Numbered from the stretch's first letter, positions 26,070 to 36,594 are shown. The stretch is DNA of 64,000 nt from Minisyncoccota bacterium (GCA_031291955.1 JARLIA010000005.1:209057-273056); one strand, 5' to 3'. Program-made: numbers and translations. Notes: generated by a model not told the origin, from the letters alone.

Positions 26070-26780
26070 ATGAATTTAGGTGGTTTTCAAAAACTGACGC
26101 TTATCGACTTTCCTGGCCATATCGCGGCCACGGTTTTTACTGTGGGCTGTTCTTTTCAGTGTCCATTCTGCCATAATCCTGAACTCGTGGAACGTGGAGC
26201 ATTGAACGTGGAACGCGGAATGGAAAAGGATTTTTTCGCGCACCTTGAGAATAGAAAGGGAAAGCTGGACGGAGTGTGCATTACCGGTGGTGAGCCGACT
26301 ATTCAGCCGGATCTCGTGGAATTTATCCAGAAAATCAAAGCGTTGGGCTATGACGTAAAACTGGATAGTAATGGCACCCGGCCGGACGTTTTGAAAAAAG
26401 TGATTGATGCCAGACTGGTGGACTATATCGCTATGGACATCAAAAACCAGCCCGCGCGGTACGCCGAGACGGTCGGTCTTCCCGACAAAAATTTCGGCGG
26501 CCTGCTGGACCGGGTGAAATTGTCGGTCGATTTGATCATGTACAGCCGGATTCCGTACGAATTCAGGACGACCGTCGTGCCAGGCATCCACACTGAAAAA
26601 GATTTTCCGGAAATCGCCAAATGGATTGCTGGCGCCCAGAATTATTATTTGCAGGAGTATCGCGAGATAAAAATCCTGGATGATAATCTCAAAAAGAAAA
26701 CCAAAGGCAAAAAGCCGGATCTGGAAAAAATAAAAAAAATGATCGAGAATAATTTTGGAAATATGGGGATCAGAAGTTAA
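26070..26780 (+). CDS. nrdG: anaerobic RNR activating protein (radical SAM)
   Basis: CSFQCPFCHN CxxxCxxC cluster motif; follows nrdD. Confidence 0.85.
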   Translation: MNLGGFQKLTLIDFPGHIAATVFTVGCSFQCPFCHNPELVERGALNVERGMEKDFFAHLENRKGKLDGVCITGGEPTIQPDLVEFIQKIKALGYDVKLDSNGTRPDVLKKVIDARLVDYIAMDIKNQPARYAETVGLPDKNFGGLLDRVKLSVDLIMYSRIPYEFRTTVVPGIHTEKDFPEIAKWIAGAQNYYLQEYREIKILDDNLKKKTKGKKPDLEKIKKMIENNFGNMGIRS

Positions 26781-26790
26781 ATATATTTTT

Positions 26791-27015
26791 ATGCGAATTT
26801 ACGTCAAAGTCACGCCCCGCTCTTCCAGAAACGAAGTGGTGAAAATTTCCGACGGGGAATATAAAGTCCGGCTGACCGCAGCGCCAGTGGACGGCGCGGC
26901 GAATGAGGCGCTCGTCAAATTGCTGGCGGAATATTTTGACGTGGCCAAATCGAACATAAAAATCGTCGGCGGGAAGAGCGCGCGGACCAAAGTGGTGGAT
27001 ATAGATGCCAAGTAG
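26791..27015 (+). CDS. DUF167/YggU family protein
   Basis: MRIYVKVTPRSSRNEV…AAPVDGAANEALVKLLAEYF. Confidence 0.7.
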   Translation: MRIYVKVTPRSSRNEVVKISDGEYKVRLTAAPVDGAANEALVKLLAEYFDVAKSNIKIVGGKSARTKVVDIDAK

Positions 27016-27127
27016 AAGCAGTGGCTTGTTGACGCAATAATTTTTGTAAATTCGAAATATTGTTTGATTGATTTTCCTAAAAATGATAGAATAATTATTA
27101 CTTTTATAATTATTTAACATCAAATAT

Positions 27128-27508
27128 TTGGACAAAATCAAAAAACATTTTGTGAGTTTTTTTGTATTCACACTCAATTTGATTTTGGTTGGTATTGGAT
27201 TTTTGTTCATCAAAAGCCGGGATGAAGCGAAGATGCAACAATTGATAAATAATAACGCGGATGTCGCAAGCCCTGATGCTGGCATATCTTCCACTGGTGC
27301 GAACTCCCTCTCTTCTGATTTGCCGGCCTCACCCAATGAAAAAACGGCCGGCAATCCGACGCCGGCTGTTCAGAGCCATGAAAGCCAGCCGTCCTCATCT
27401 GCGCCCTCAGTGGTGACTAACAATTCTCAAAATAATGTCTCTTCTGCGTCCAAATTGTCGCCTTCAAGCCCCAGCAAAAAATCGAGCGGTAAAACTAAAA
27501 CATCCTAA
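27128..27508 (+). CDS. membrane-anchored Ser/Pro-rich low-complexity protein
   Basis: N-terminal TM then S/P/N-rich tail. Confidence 0.4.
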   Translation: MDKIKKHFVSFFVFTLNLILVGIGFLFIKSRDEAKMQQLINNNADVASPDAGISSTGANSLSSDLPASPNEKTAGNPTPAVQSHESQPSSSAPSVVTNNSQNNVSSASKLSPSSPSKKSSGKTKTS

Positions 27509-27511
27509 GGC

Positions 27512-28453
27512 ATGGACCAGCCCAACGAGAAAATTCCAAGAGAGATCTGGAAAACAAGTTTTAAGGCCTTGGGAACTGATATCACTTTGCAGATAGTTTC
27601 CAAAACGGTTGAGGAGGGATTGGCGGAAAAAATCAAGGATTTTTATGCCGCTCAGAACAAAGTTTTCAGTCGCTTTGATCTGGATAGTGAAATTTTCCAA
27701 CTTAATCAAAATTTGGGTTTTTTCAATCCGGCTTCTTTTGATATGATAGAGATAGTCAAAAGAAGTTTGGAATATCATAAAAGAACAGGCCAATATTTTG
27801 ATCCGAGGATCCTTGAAGTTTTGGAGCGGGCCGGATATAAGAAAGATTTTAAATTAAGCCAATTTTTTGAGACGGGAGATGTTGTGGCGGTTGAAAAGTT
27901 GAGCGGTGATTTGGCGCGGGATTTAAAAATCAAAGACGGGAAAGTTTTTTTTGGGCGAAGGATGGATTTTTCCGGAATTGCCAAGGGTTTCATCACTGAT
28001 AAGGCGGCGGATTTTTTACGGAAGAAAGGATATGAAAATTTTTTGGTCGATTCTGGCGGGGATATGCGCGCGGCGGGAAAAAATGAGGAGGGGAGTGATT
28101 GGCTGATTTCTCTGGAGGGATTCAAGGATGAAGAAATACTCATCAAACTTGGCGAAGATTTTTCGGGCGTGGCTACGTCCGGAATCACGCGTCGCAAATG
28201 GCAAAATAAAAAAGGGCGCTTTCACCATTTGATTGATCCGAAAAACCCGGCTCGTTTCGCCTTTGATCTGAAATCGGTGACCGTGGTGTCCGGTGATTGC
28301 GAGGAGGCGGACATTTGGGCGAAAACCCTGTTTCTGCTGGGTCGAGAAAGGGGAATGTTTTTCAGTGAAAAAAGCGGAATGAAAAGTATCTTTGTGGATT
28401 ATAAGGGCAATGCGTATTTATCGTCTGGCATGAAGGAAGTTGTAATAAAATAA
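27512..28453 (+). CDS. apbE: FAD:protein FMN transferase (ApbE family)
   Basis: …GIAKGFITDKAADFLRKKGYENFLVDSGGDMRAAG… ApbE core. Confidence 0.8.
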   Translation: MDQPNEKIPREIWKTSFKALGTDITLQIVSKTVEEGLAEKIKDFYAAQNKVFSRFDLDSEIFQLNQNLGFFNPASFDMIEIVKRSLEYHKRTGQYFDPRILEVLERAGYKKDFKLSQFFETGDVVAVEKLSGDLARDLKIKDGKVFFGRRMDFSGIAKGFITDKAADFLRKKGYENFLVDSGGDMRAAGKNEEGSDWLISLEGFKDEEILIKLGEDFSGVATSGITRRKWQNKKGRFHHLIDPKNPARFAFDLKSVTVVSGDCEEADIWAKTLFLLGRERGMFFSEKSGMKSIFVDYKGNAYLSSGMKEVVIK

Positions 28454-28461
28454 AAAATGAA

Positions 28462-29058
28462 ATGACTGATAATTTTCCTTGGTATCTCTCCCGCGCGAGC
28501 GGATTGGTCGGATTTATTTTGCTCTATGTTTCCATCTTTTTAGGATTGGCAATCAGGACGCCGATTCTAAAAAGAATAATTAAGCCGGTTTATTCTTTTC
28601 GCGTTCATTGTTGGATTTCTTTTCAGGCGCTTCTGTTTGCTTTTTTCCACGGCGCGATACTGCTTTTGGATAAATTCATCGGGTTTTCCTGGCAAAATAT
28701 TTTCATTCCTTTTTATCCGACCAGCTATTCCAAGGCGGTAGATGGTGATTTTTTGGCGTTGGGAATCATCGGGTTTTATCTCATGCTTCTTCTGGTGGCG
28801 ACTTCCTATGGCCGGAAATATTTTTCACTCCGGCTTTGGCGTTCTGTGCATTCGATGAATGTCGCGCTCTATGTTGTTTCTCTCATTCACGCGCTTTATT
28901 TAGGTACGGATCTCAGAGAGGGAGCATTGAGAAGTGTTTTTATTTACGCCAACATCTTCTTGGTTGTCCTGTTCTTGCTTAACCTGTGTATCAAGCTGTT
29001 TCTCATGCTATACAAGACTGACAATTTTTTTCAAGGCGATTCTGCGATTGAAGAATGA
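28462..29058 (+). CDS. polytopic membrane protein, ferric-reductase-like/MsrQ-like heme-binding TM domain (tentative)
   Basis: Six hydrophobic helices with conserved His; adjacent to apbE. Confidence 0.4.
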   Translation: MTDNFPWYLSRASGLVGFILLYVSIFLGLAIRTPILKRIIKPVYSFRVHCWISFQALLFAFFHGAILLLDKFIGFSWQNIFIPFYPTSYSKAVDGDFLALGIIGFYLMLLLVATSYGRKYFSLRLWRSVHSMNVALYVVSLIHALYLGTDLREGALRSVFIYANIFLVVLFLLNLCIKLFLMLYKTDNFFQGDSAIEE

Positions 29059-29094
29059 GGCGGCGCGGTCGCGGCTATTTCATAAATTTCTAAA

Positions 29095-30564
29095 ATGCCC
29101 GGATTGTCCAAATCAAAAGTTTTTACTATTCTTTCTTCGGCTTTCATTGCGGGTGTTTTTGGCGCTTCTTTTTATTATCCGGGAGTGATCGACCGGGAAT
29201 TTATTTATCTTTTATTCGTCGCGGCGATTATTGTGCTGGCGGTTTTTCAAGAGAGCAAGCGAGTCATTTTAATCGGAGCGGCTTTTTTGTTTTTCACATT
29301 GGGAATTTTTTTGACGTCAGCCAAACTCATTGCGATCAAAAATATAAATCAAGCCGGTCAAAATTTTTCCGGGCTGGCGGAAGTGGTTGATGACCCGGCC
29401 ATCCAGGGCCAAACGCAAAAAATGACGGTGGCGCCATTGGATTTGCCGGGCGAAAAATTTTCCCTGACGACCGGATACTATCCGGATTATCATTACGGCG
29501 ATGAACTGGCTGTCCAATGTAAATTAGAAATTCCCAAAAACTTCGACGGTTTTGATTATCAAATGTTCCTGGCCAAAGACGGCGTCTATTATCAATGTCA
29601 ATATCCCAAGATAAAAAGCACTGGGAAAAATATCGGCAACAAATTTTTCGTGGCCGTCATCGCCGTCAAAAATAATTTCAACGCGACCATTATGCGGCTC
29701 ATGCCCTCTCCGCAATCAGGGCTTTTGTCGGGACTGCTCATTGGCGGGTCGGGACTTATGAGTAAGACTTACCAGAATTATTTTTCTCTCACCGGCACGA
29801 CCCACATCGTGGCTGTCTCGGGTTATAACGTCACGATCGTGGCCGAATACCTGATGCTGCTCGGCATCTTCATCGGCCTTTGGCGGGGGCAAGCCTTTTG
29901 GTTCGCGGCCATCGGGATCGCGCTTTTTGTGATTCTCACTGGTCTGCCAGCGTCGGCCGTGCGCGCGGGCGTGATGGGAATCCTTCTCATTTGGGCGATG
30001 AAAAACGGAAGATTGGCCAACGCCCAGAATGCCATTCTGTTTGCGGCAGTGGTAATGTTACTAATCAATCCCTTGCTTCTGCGTTGGGACGTCGGTTTCC
30101 AATTGTCATTTTTGGCGACGCTCGGGATCGTTTTTGTTTATCCGGTGTTTAATGTTTTTGTCGTCAAAAAAATCGGCCGGAATTTGTCCGTTATCACCGA
30201 AACATTATTTTTAACTTTGTCGGCTCAGGCGTTCGTCTTGCCGATCCTGATGACCAATTTCGGAAAATTGTCGCTGGTTTCGCCGCTGGCTAATGTTCTG
30301 GTTTTGCCGATCATTCCCTTTACGATGCTCCTTGGCTTTGCCGCCATTCTTTTTTCTCTGGTAGTTCCACCCGTCGGCCAGATTATCGCCTGGCTGGCTT
30401 TCTTGCCCTTGAAATACGAAATGACCGCCATCCAATTTCTAGCCGGCCTTAAATACGCGGCGGTGGATATCAACAGTTTTCCGTGGTGGGGGATTGCGGG
30501 ATGGTATATAATGTTATTACTGGTGATATATAAGCTAAAAATAAAATGTCCGCCCGAAAAATAA
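29095..30564 (+). CDS. comEC: competence protein ComEC/Rec2, membrane channel domain only
   Basis: Polytopic; Competence-domain motif region (LLSGLLIGGSGLMSKTYQNYFSLTGTTHIVAVSGYNV). Confidence 0.8.
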   Translation: MPGLSKSKVFTILSSAFIAGVFGASFYYPGVIDREFIYLLFVAAIIVLAVFQESKRVILIGAAFLFFTLGIFLTSAKLIAIKNINQAGQNFSGLAEVVDDPAIQGQTQKMTVAPLDLPGEKFSLTTGYYPDYHYGDELAVQCKLEIPKNFDGFDYQMFLAKDGVYYQCQYPKIKSTGKNIGNKFFVAVIAVKNNFNATIMRLMPSPQSGLLSGLLIGGSGLMSKTYQNYFSLTGTTHIVAVSGYNVTIVAEYLMLLGIFIGLWRGQAFWFAAIGIALFVILTGLPASAVRAGVMGILLIWAMKNGRLANAQNAILFAAVVMLLINPLLLRWDVGFQLSFLATLGIVFVYPVFNVFVVKKIGRNLSVITETLFLTLSAQAFVLPILMTNFGKLSLVSPLANVLVLPIIPFTMLLGFAAILFSLVVPPVGQIIAWLAFLPLKYEMTAIQFLAGLKYAAVDINSFPWWGIAGWYIMLLLVIYKLKIKCPPEK

Positions 30565-31412
30565 CTTACACTATTCTTTTGTTATTAGCCGTTTTGGCGC
30601 TGGTGCCGGCTGGGATTATTCACAGCGCCGGGAATAAAGAATTAAAAATCGTTTTTCTCAATGTCGGACAAGGCGACGCCATTTTGATCGAGCAGGGGGA
30701 AAAGCAAATTCTCATCGATGGCGGGCCGGACGGGCAGGTTGAGCTGGAGGAGTTGGGGAAATATATTCCTTTTTGGGACCGGAACATTGAAGCGGTCATT
30801 GCCACTCATCCGGACGCCGATCACATCACGGGGCTCATTGATGTCATGAAAAATTATACGGTTGATAAGGTGATTTATACCGGCGTGAGTTCGAGTTCGC
30901 AGACTTACGCGAGTTTTGAAAATACGATCAAAAATAAAAATATAGCCGAGCTGGAAGGGAAAGTGGGAATGAAAATAAAACTAGACGGCGGGGAAATGGA
31001 TATTTTGTATCCGGACGGAACGGAAGACAAGAATAATCCCAAAGACACCAACCTTACCAGTGTTGTGGCGCGGCTGACTTTCGGCCGAAATTCTTTTTTG
31101 TTCACTGGCGATTTGCCGACGGACGGAGAAGCGGCGCTTCTCGCCAGCGGTCAGAATATTTCCGCCCAAATCTTGAAAGTGGCCCACCATGGGTCGAAAT
31201 ACGCCACTAGCGAAGCGTTTCTAGCGGCCGTAAAGCCGGAAGAAGCTGTTGTTTCGGTCGGCGCGAAAAACCGCTACGGCCATCCGGCGCCGGAAGTGAT
31301 GGAGAGGCTCGCGGCGGACAAAATGAAAATCTACCGCACTGATCAGCAAGGCGATATTGTTTACGATTGCCCCAGCCCGGGCCAGGCGTGTCAGGCAGAG
31401 ACGGAGATGTGA
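30546..31412 (+). CDS. metallo-beta-lactamase-fold protein, ComEC C-terminal-like domain as a separate overlapping ORF
   Basis: HPDADHITG metal motif, VAHHGSKYATS; overlaps comEC by 19 nt. Confidence 0.8.
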   Translation: MSARKITYTILLLLAVLALVPAGIIHSAGNKELKIVFLNVGQGDAILIEQGEKQILIDGGPDGQVELEELGKYIPFWDRNIEAVIATHPDADHITGLIDVMKNYTVDKVIYTGVSSSSQTYASFENTIKNKNIAELEGKVGMKIKLDGGEMDILYPDGTEDKNNPKDTNLTSVVARLTFGRNSFLFTGDLPTDGEAALLASGQNISAQILKVAHHGSKYATSEAFLAAVKPEEAVVSVGAKNRYGHPAPEVMERLAADKMKIYRTDQQGDIVYDCPSPGQACQAETEM

Positions 31413-31517
31413 GAAAAATTAGGTGAATTAGAAATTTATAAACTTCGTTGCTTGCAAAAACTGAAATTAAATGGTAAGTTATATTAGTGAAATATAACCA
31501 ACTTAACTAAAAACATT

Positions 31518-31724
31518 ATGCCAGTCGCCAGACAGCGTCATACTAAAGCCAGGAGAGACCGTGCGAGAAAAATGCTCGCGTTGAAACCCAAAAAACTTGT
31601 CAGTTGCCCTAATTGCAAAGCCAAAATCGAGCCGCATGTCGCGTGTTCGAAATGCGGATATTTCAAAGGCCGGGAAATTGTCGATACGATGAAAAAAGCG
31701 AATAAGAAAACTAAGAATAAATAG
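31518..31724 (+). CDS. rpmF: 50S ribosomal protein L32
   Basis: [18 protein letters not shown]…CPNC…C..CGYFKGRE. Confidence 0.7.
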   Translation: MPVARQRHTKARRDRARKMLALKPKKLVSCPNCKAKIEPHVACSKCGYFKGREIVDTMKKANKKTKNK

Positions 31725-31725
31725 C

Positions 31726-32226
31726 ATGGCGAACCGTCATCTATCACGTTCTATCGCGATGCAATGTCTGTATGAATGGGACTTCAACGGCAAGGGCGAA
31801 GACATCGAAAAAATAGTCGAAAGAAACACTAAAGAGTTCGGACCGGGCATGGACGACACTTCTTTTGTGCGCGCTCTGGTTGAGAATATCATCAAGAACA
31901 TTGGCCAGATTGATCCACTGATCGAAAAGTGCGCGCCGGAGTGGCCGATCGAACAGGTGACAATCGTCGATCGGAACATTTTGCGTCTCGGCATTTATGA
32001 GTTGCTTTTTGGCAATTACGAAGAAGTGCCGCCTAAAGTCGCCATCAATGAAGCCATCGAGTTGGCTAAATCATTCGGCGGCGAATCGTCCGGCCGATTT
32101 GTCAACGGCGTTCTCGGGACGATCTACCGGGAACTCGGCGAGCCGATGAAAGATGATACGTCTAAAAAAAATAAAGCTGATAAAAAAACGGAAGATTCTT
32201 CCGAAAAAGCAGGACAACTGTCTTAA
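31726..32226 (+). CDS. nusB: transcription antitermination factor NusB
   Basis: …[13 protein letters not shown]…, [11 protein letters not shown]. Confidence 0.85.
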   Translation: MANRHLSRSIAMQCLYEWDFNGKGEDIEKIVERNTKEFGPGMDDTSFVRALVENIIKNIGQIDPLIEKCAPEWPIEQVTIVDRNILRLGIYELLFGNYEEVPPKVAINEAIELAKSFGGESSGRFVNGVLGTIYRELGEPMKDDTSKKNKADKKTEDSSEKAGQLS

Positions 32227-32364
32227 GTAATTTTTTAAATTTCTAATTTCTAATTTCCAATTTCTAAACAATTTCAAATTTCAAATGACTGAATTCCTAA
32301 ATTGAAAATTGAGTCATTGATAATTGTTTGAAAATTGAAAATTGAGAATTGAAAATTCTCAATT
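32227..32364. repeat. heptad-repeat element (AATTTCT)n…(GAAAATT)n abutting the rnc start
   Basis: aatttctaatttctaatttccaatttctaaacaatttcaaatttcaaatgactgaattc…gaaaattgaaaattgagaattgaaaattctcaattATG. Confidence 0.5.
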
Positions 32365-33054
32365 ATGTTAGATGATCTTGCCAAGAAGTTGGGGGTAAAA
32401 TTCAATAACATCGAGCTTCTCCAGCAGGCGGTGACGCATCGGTCGTATCTGAACGAGCACCGGAGCTACAAGCTTGACCATAATGAGCGCCTGGAATTTC
32501 TGGGCGACGCGGTTTTGGAATTAGTGGTGACGGAATATCTTTACAAAAATTTCCCGAATCCTGAGGGTGAAATGACCAACTGGCGGGCGGCTTTGGTCAA
32601 CGGCGAGATGTTGGCGAAAATCGCCGGACGCATCGGGGTGGAAGAATATCTCATGATGAGCCGCGGCGAAGCCAAAGACACGGGCCGCGCGCGGCAATAT
32701 TTGCTGGCTAACGCCTTTGAAGCCATCACCGGCGCGCTTTATCTCGACCAGGGCGACAAAGGCTACGAAAAGTGCCGGGATTTCATCATGAAAAACGTCG
32801 TTTGCGAATTGCCGGACATTATCAAGAATAAATTATACATGGATCCTAAAAGCAGATTTCAGGAAGAAGCGCAGGACAAGGTCGGCGTTACGCCATCCTA
32901 CCGCGTGCTGTCCGAAATCGGTCCGGATCATGACAAGAAGTTTACAGTCGGTGTTTTTTTGGGTGACGAGATGATTGCCAAAGGTGAAGGATCATCCAAA
33001 CAAGAAGCGCAAAGGAATGCCGCGGAGAAGGGGTTGGAGGTCAAGGGCTGGTAG
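32365..33054 (+). CDS. rnc: ribonuclease III
   Basis: ERLEFLGDAVLELVVTEYLY signature; C-terminal dsRBD. Confidence 0.9.
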   Translation: MLDDLAKKLGVKFNNIELLQQAVTHRSYLNEHRSYKLDHNERLEFLGDAVLELVVTEYLYKNFPNPEGEMTNWRAALVNGEMLAKIAGRIGVEEYLMMSRGEAKDTGRARQYLLANAFEAITGALYLDQGDKGYEKCRDFIMKNVVCELPDIIKNKLYMDPKSRFQEEAQDKVGVTPSYRVLSEIGPDHDKKFTVGVFLGDEMIAKGEGSSKQEAQRNAAEKGLEVKGW

Positions 33055-33086
33055 TTTTTTAAAAACTTCCAAAGAGGGGAATCGGC

Positions 33087-33455
33087 ATGGAAATCTTCAA
33101 TGTGGATACAAAAGAGCTTAATCGCCATATCGGGATGGATGTGATCGTTCATTCTGTTAACAAGGATGGAGTTTTTACACATACAGCGGGAGTGCTTCGC
33201 GAAGTATCAGGTTCTGATTTTGTAAAATTGGAAACTACGCCGGGCAGTTTCCGAATTATAAGATTTGTTCATTTTGGGCGAGCTATAAAGGAAATAAGGC
33301 TGTTTCCGGGGAAAGGCAATCCTATCTTTGAAAACTCCGAAATTCAAACTGGCATGAAATGGAAGATGTTTCGAAAATGGATGATTGTCATTTGCTTGAT
33401 TTGCGGGAGAATATTAATACCGAAACCGAAAGAAACTCAAAAAGTCCTACATTGA
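33087..33455 (+). CDS. hypothetical protein
   Basis: 122-aa ORF; GGAATCGGC…ATG weak RBS. Confidence 0.4.
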   Translation: MEIFNVDTKELNRHIGMDVIVHSVNKDGVFTHTAGVLREVSGSDFVKLETTPGSFRIIRFVHFGRAIKEIRLFPGKGNPIFENSEIQTGMKWKMFRKWMIVICLICGRILIPKPKETQKVLH

Positions 33456-33486
33456 TTGATTTCGATTTGATCCAAACGGATTATTC

Positions 33487-33520
33487 GGGCGCGCACTTCG
33501 GCGCCCATTTTTTTTATTTT
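33487..33520 (+). terminator. rho-independent terminator
   Basis: gggcgcgc-acttcg-gcgccc followed by attttttttatttt. Confidence 0.5.
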
Positions 33521-33539
33521 AAAAATATAGTACAATAAG

Positions 33540-33567
33540 TATGTTGGCATATTAACATGCCAACATA
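33540..33567. promoter_or_regulatory. perfect 11-bp inverted repeat TATGTTGGCAT-N6-ATGCCAACATA upstream of smc; candidate operator
   Basis: Direct read of the sequence; ~40 bp upstream of the smc start. Confidence 0.3.
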
Positions 33568-33604
33568 TCTGCAAGACATAAAAATAAAATGTTAACATGT
33601 TTGT

Positions 33605-35920
33605 ATGTTTCTAAAACGCCTCGAAATTTCCGGTTTTAAATCTTTTGCCAACAAGACGGTGTTGGATTTTTTAATCGAGTCTGAAAACGGGAAAAACCAG
33701 GGGATAACGGCCATTGTCGGTCCGAATGGCAGCGGTAAATCCAACACGGCTGACGCGCTCCGCTGGGTGATGGGGGAGCAGTCGATGAAAAATCTCCGCG
33801 GGAAAAAATCGGAGGACATCATTTTTGCCGGCAGTGGGAAAAAAGCTCGCTTGGGATCGGCCCATGTGACGCTTATTCTCGACAATGCCGACAAACAATT
33901 GCCGCTCGAATTTTCCGAAGTGGCCATTACCCGGAAAATTTTCCGCTCCGGCGAATCGGAATATCTCATCAACGGTTCCCGAGTCCGGTTACAAGATATC
34001 ACAGACATGCTGGCTAAAGCTGGCGTCGGCAAGGAGTCTTATGCCATTGTCAATCAGGGCATGGCCGACCAGGTGCTCTCCGCCACGCCGGCGGAAAGGC
34101 GGATGGTCATTGAAGACGCGGCCGGGGTGAAGCAATATCAGATCAAAAAAGACCGCTCGCTCCGGAAGTTGGAATCGACCCGGACCAATCTCGAAAAAGT
34201 CCGAAGTCTCACGGAAGAAATCAAACCCCATCTCAAGATGTTGAAACGTCAGGCTGAACGGGCGTCGCAGAGCGAAGGGGTGGCGAGAGATTTAATCGAA
34301 AAACAAGCCCGGCTTTTTTCATATCTCTGGACCAATTTTCAGAATGAAAAGAATAAATTTAACGAAGAAAAAGAAGAGGTTGGCCGCCAGATGAACAACT
34401 GCCAGCGCGAAGTTGACAAGCTTGGCGACGAGATGCGCGCCGAAGCCAAAGTTGAAAAAGGCGAGAATCGGCAGGGCGAACTGGAAAATCAGGCGCGCGA
34501 AAAAAGGACGCGGTTCAATCAGTTGGAGCGTGATTTGATCGTTACCGAAGGCCGGATTGAACTGGAAAAGGAGAAGCAGAAGAATATCCAGATGATTGAA
34601 GAGATTAAGATAAAGAGTATCCCAGTTGATTTGAAATATGTCCGTGAGGGCTTGGATGAGATCCGGCGCGAGCAGGAAAAATTGATCGACCGAATCGAAC
34701 ATGCCGAAAGCATGGAAGATCTTCAGGACATTAAGGAGTTTGCCCGGGTCGTTCAGCAGAAACTCCATGATCTGAAGGCTGACGTTGAAAAGGGAAAGAA
34801 AGAAGAAAAAATCGACCCGACCCCGAAAAAAGCGGTTTTGCCGATCGATACCAAAGTCCTGGAAGAATTGCGAGTGAAAATCGCCGGCTTCCGGGAAGAA
34901 ATCAAAAAAGTCGAAGAGGAAATCCGTTCCATTGATCTGGAAATCCAAAAAGAACGGGCATTCGACCGCGAGCGGCGCCAGAAATTTTTCGAGGTGGAGC
35001 GGAAATTGCGGATGAAGCAAGAGGAATTGAATAAGTTGAAAGACAACTTCAATGAAGCCAAGATCGCTCTTGCCCGGGTGGAGGTGAGGGAAGACGATCT
35101 CCGAAACCAGGTCCGAATGGAACTGAAAAAAGAAGTGGAGACACTGGAACCTTTCTCCGGGCAGATCGACCGCTATGTCTTGGAGCAGGATATCTCCAAG
35201 CTCAAGCTCAAGATGGAGCAGATCGGCGGCATCGATCCGATGGTAATTGACGAATGCAACGAAACTTCCAAGAGGTATGATTTTTTGGTCAGTGAATCGG
35301 CTGACTTGGAAAAAGCGATTTTGTCTCTCAGGGAAATAATCAAAGAGATGGATGTTAAGATCGAAAAGGAATTCGCGGCCACTTATGAAGAGATCAACAA
35401 AGAATTCACCAAATATTTCCGCATCATCTTCGGTGGCGGCAACGCTCACCTTCTGAAAGTTAAAAGGGAAAAGGTAAAATGTAAAAGTAAAATCGAAGAA
35501 GGCGCAGAGGAAGTGCCGGATGATATCGAAGAAGAAAATAAGGAAGAGGATAATGAGATCGGAATCGATATCTCAGCTTGCCCGCCGGGCAAGAAAATTA
35601 GCCACCTTTCTATGCTGTCCGGCGGGGAGCGCTCGCTGACGTCGCTTGCTTTGCTTTTTGCCATCATTTCCCACAATCCGCCGCCGTTCGCAGTGCTTGA
35701 CGAAGTAGAAGCGGCGTTGGATGAGGCCAATTCCAAACGCTTCGGCCGGATCCTGCAAGAACTTTCCGGTAGCACCCAATTTGTTACCATTACCCACAAC
35801 CGTGAAACCATGCGCCAGGCTTCGCTTCTTTACGGCGTCACGATGGGCGAAGACGGGATCTCGAAATTATTATCCGTTCGGCTTGATCAAGTCGGCGCCG
35901 GTGGGAGGATTAAGGAATAA
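33605..35920 (+). CDS. smc: SMC-family chromosome segregation ATPase, short (771 aa)
   Basis: N-terminal Walker A GPNGSGKSN, long coiled coil, C-terminal LSGGERSLTSLALLFAI…AVLDEVEAALD; rnc-smc synteny. Confidence 0.8.
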   Translation: MFLKRLEISGFKSFANKTVLDFLIESENGKNQGITAIVGPNGSGKSNTADALRWVMGEQSMKNLRGKKSEDIIFAGSGKKARLGSAHVTLILDNADKQLPLEFSEVAITRKIFRSGESEYLINGSRVRLQDITDMLAKAGVGKESYAIVNQGMADQVLSATPAERRMVIEDAAGVKQYQIKKDRSLRKLESTRTNLEKVRSLTEEIKPHLKMLKRQAERASQSEGVARDLIEKQARLFSYLWTNFQNEKNKFNEEKEEVGRQMNNCQREVDKLGDEMRAEAKVEKGENRQGELENQAREKRTRFNQLERDLIVTEGRIELEKEKQKNIQMIEEIKIKSIPVDLKYVREGLDEIRREQEKLIDRIEHAESMEDLQDIKEFARVVQQKLHDLKADVEKGKKEEKIDPTPKKAVLPIDTKVLEELRVKIAGFREEIKKVEEEIRSIDLEIQKERAFDRERRQKFFEVERKLRMKQEELNKLKDNFNEAKIALARVEVREDDLRNQVRMELKKEVETLEPFSGQIDRYVLEQDISKLKLKMEQIGGIDPMVIDECNETSKRYDFLVSESADLEKAILSLREIIKEMDVKIEKEFAATYEEINKEFTKYFRIIFGGGNAHLLKVKREKVKCKSKIEEGAEEVPDDIEEENKEEDNEIGIDISACPPGKKISHLSMLSGGERSLTSLALLFAIISHNPPPFAVLDEVEAALDEANSKRFGRILQELSGSTQFVTITHNRETMRQASLLYGVTMGEDGISKLLSVRLDQVGAGGRIKE

Positions 35921-36011
35921 ATTTGACAAGGAACGGAAATTGATATATCCTCAATAAGTAACCAAACTGACTAATTATAAAGTATAAATCCTTTATACTC
36001 GTTTTATTGTT

Positions 36012-36458
36012 ATGTTAACCATCAGATTTGCCAGAGTGGGAAAAAAGAATAAGGCTCAGTTCAAGATAATGCTCCAGGAAAAGACAGCTGCCCCGGGCGG
36101 CCGGCACGTGGAAATTTTGGGCGCACATGACCCGCATCTCAAAAAGACAGTTTTGAAAGAAGATCGCATCAAATATTGGCTGGAAAAAGGCGCGCAGACT
36201 TCCGACACGGTGCATAATCTTCTGGTGGCCAAAGGCGTTATTTCTGACAAGAAGCGCGCGGTGAAATTGCCGGCCAAGAAAGTCGAAGAGGTGGTCGCTG
36301 AAACGACTGCTCCGGCAGAGAAGTCTGCTGAAATAGTCTCTGAAACTCCGAAAGAAGAATTGAAAACAGAAGAAGCCAAAGCCGAAGCGCCGAAAGAGGA
36401 AGTTAAGGAAGAAGTGAAAACCGAAGAGCCGAAAGTGGAAGAAACGAAAGCAGAATAA
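36012..36458 (+). CDS. rpsP: 30S ribosomal protein S16 with K/E-rich C-terminal extension
   Basis: MLTIRFARVGKKNKAQFKI…. Confidence 0.85.
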   Translation: MLTIRFARVGKKNKAQFKIMLQEKTAAPGGRHVEILGAHDPHLKKTVLKEDRIKYWLEKGAQTSDTVHNLLVAKGVISDKKRAVKLPAKKVEEVVAETTAPAEKSAEIVSETPKEELKTEEAKAEAPKEEVKEEVKTEEPKVEETKAE

Positions 36459-36594
36459 AAAAATTATTGTTAATATATTTTCCGCAGACAGCGAGCGTAA
36501 AAAGTAAGTCTCGCCGAGGAAGCGTTGCCCTTACGGGAATGACTTTTGGTGGGTCGACTGCGGAGAAATCCGTAGTTTTATTTTTGTCAAATTT

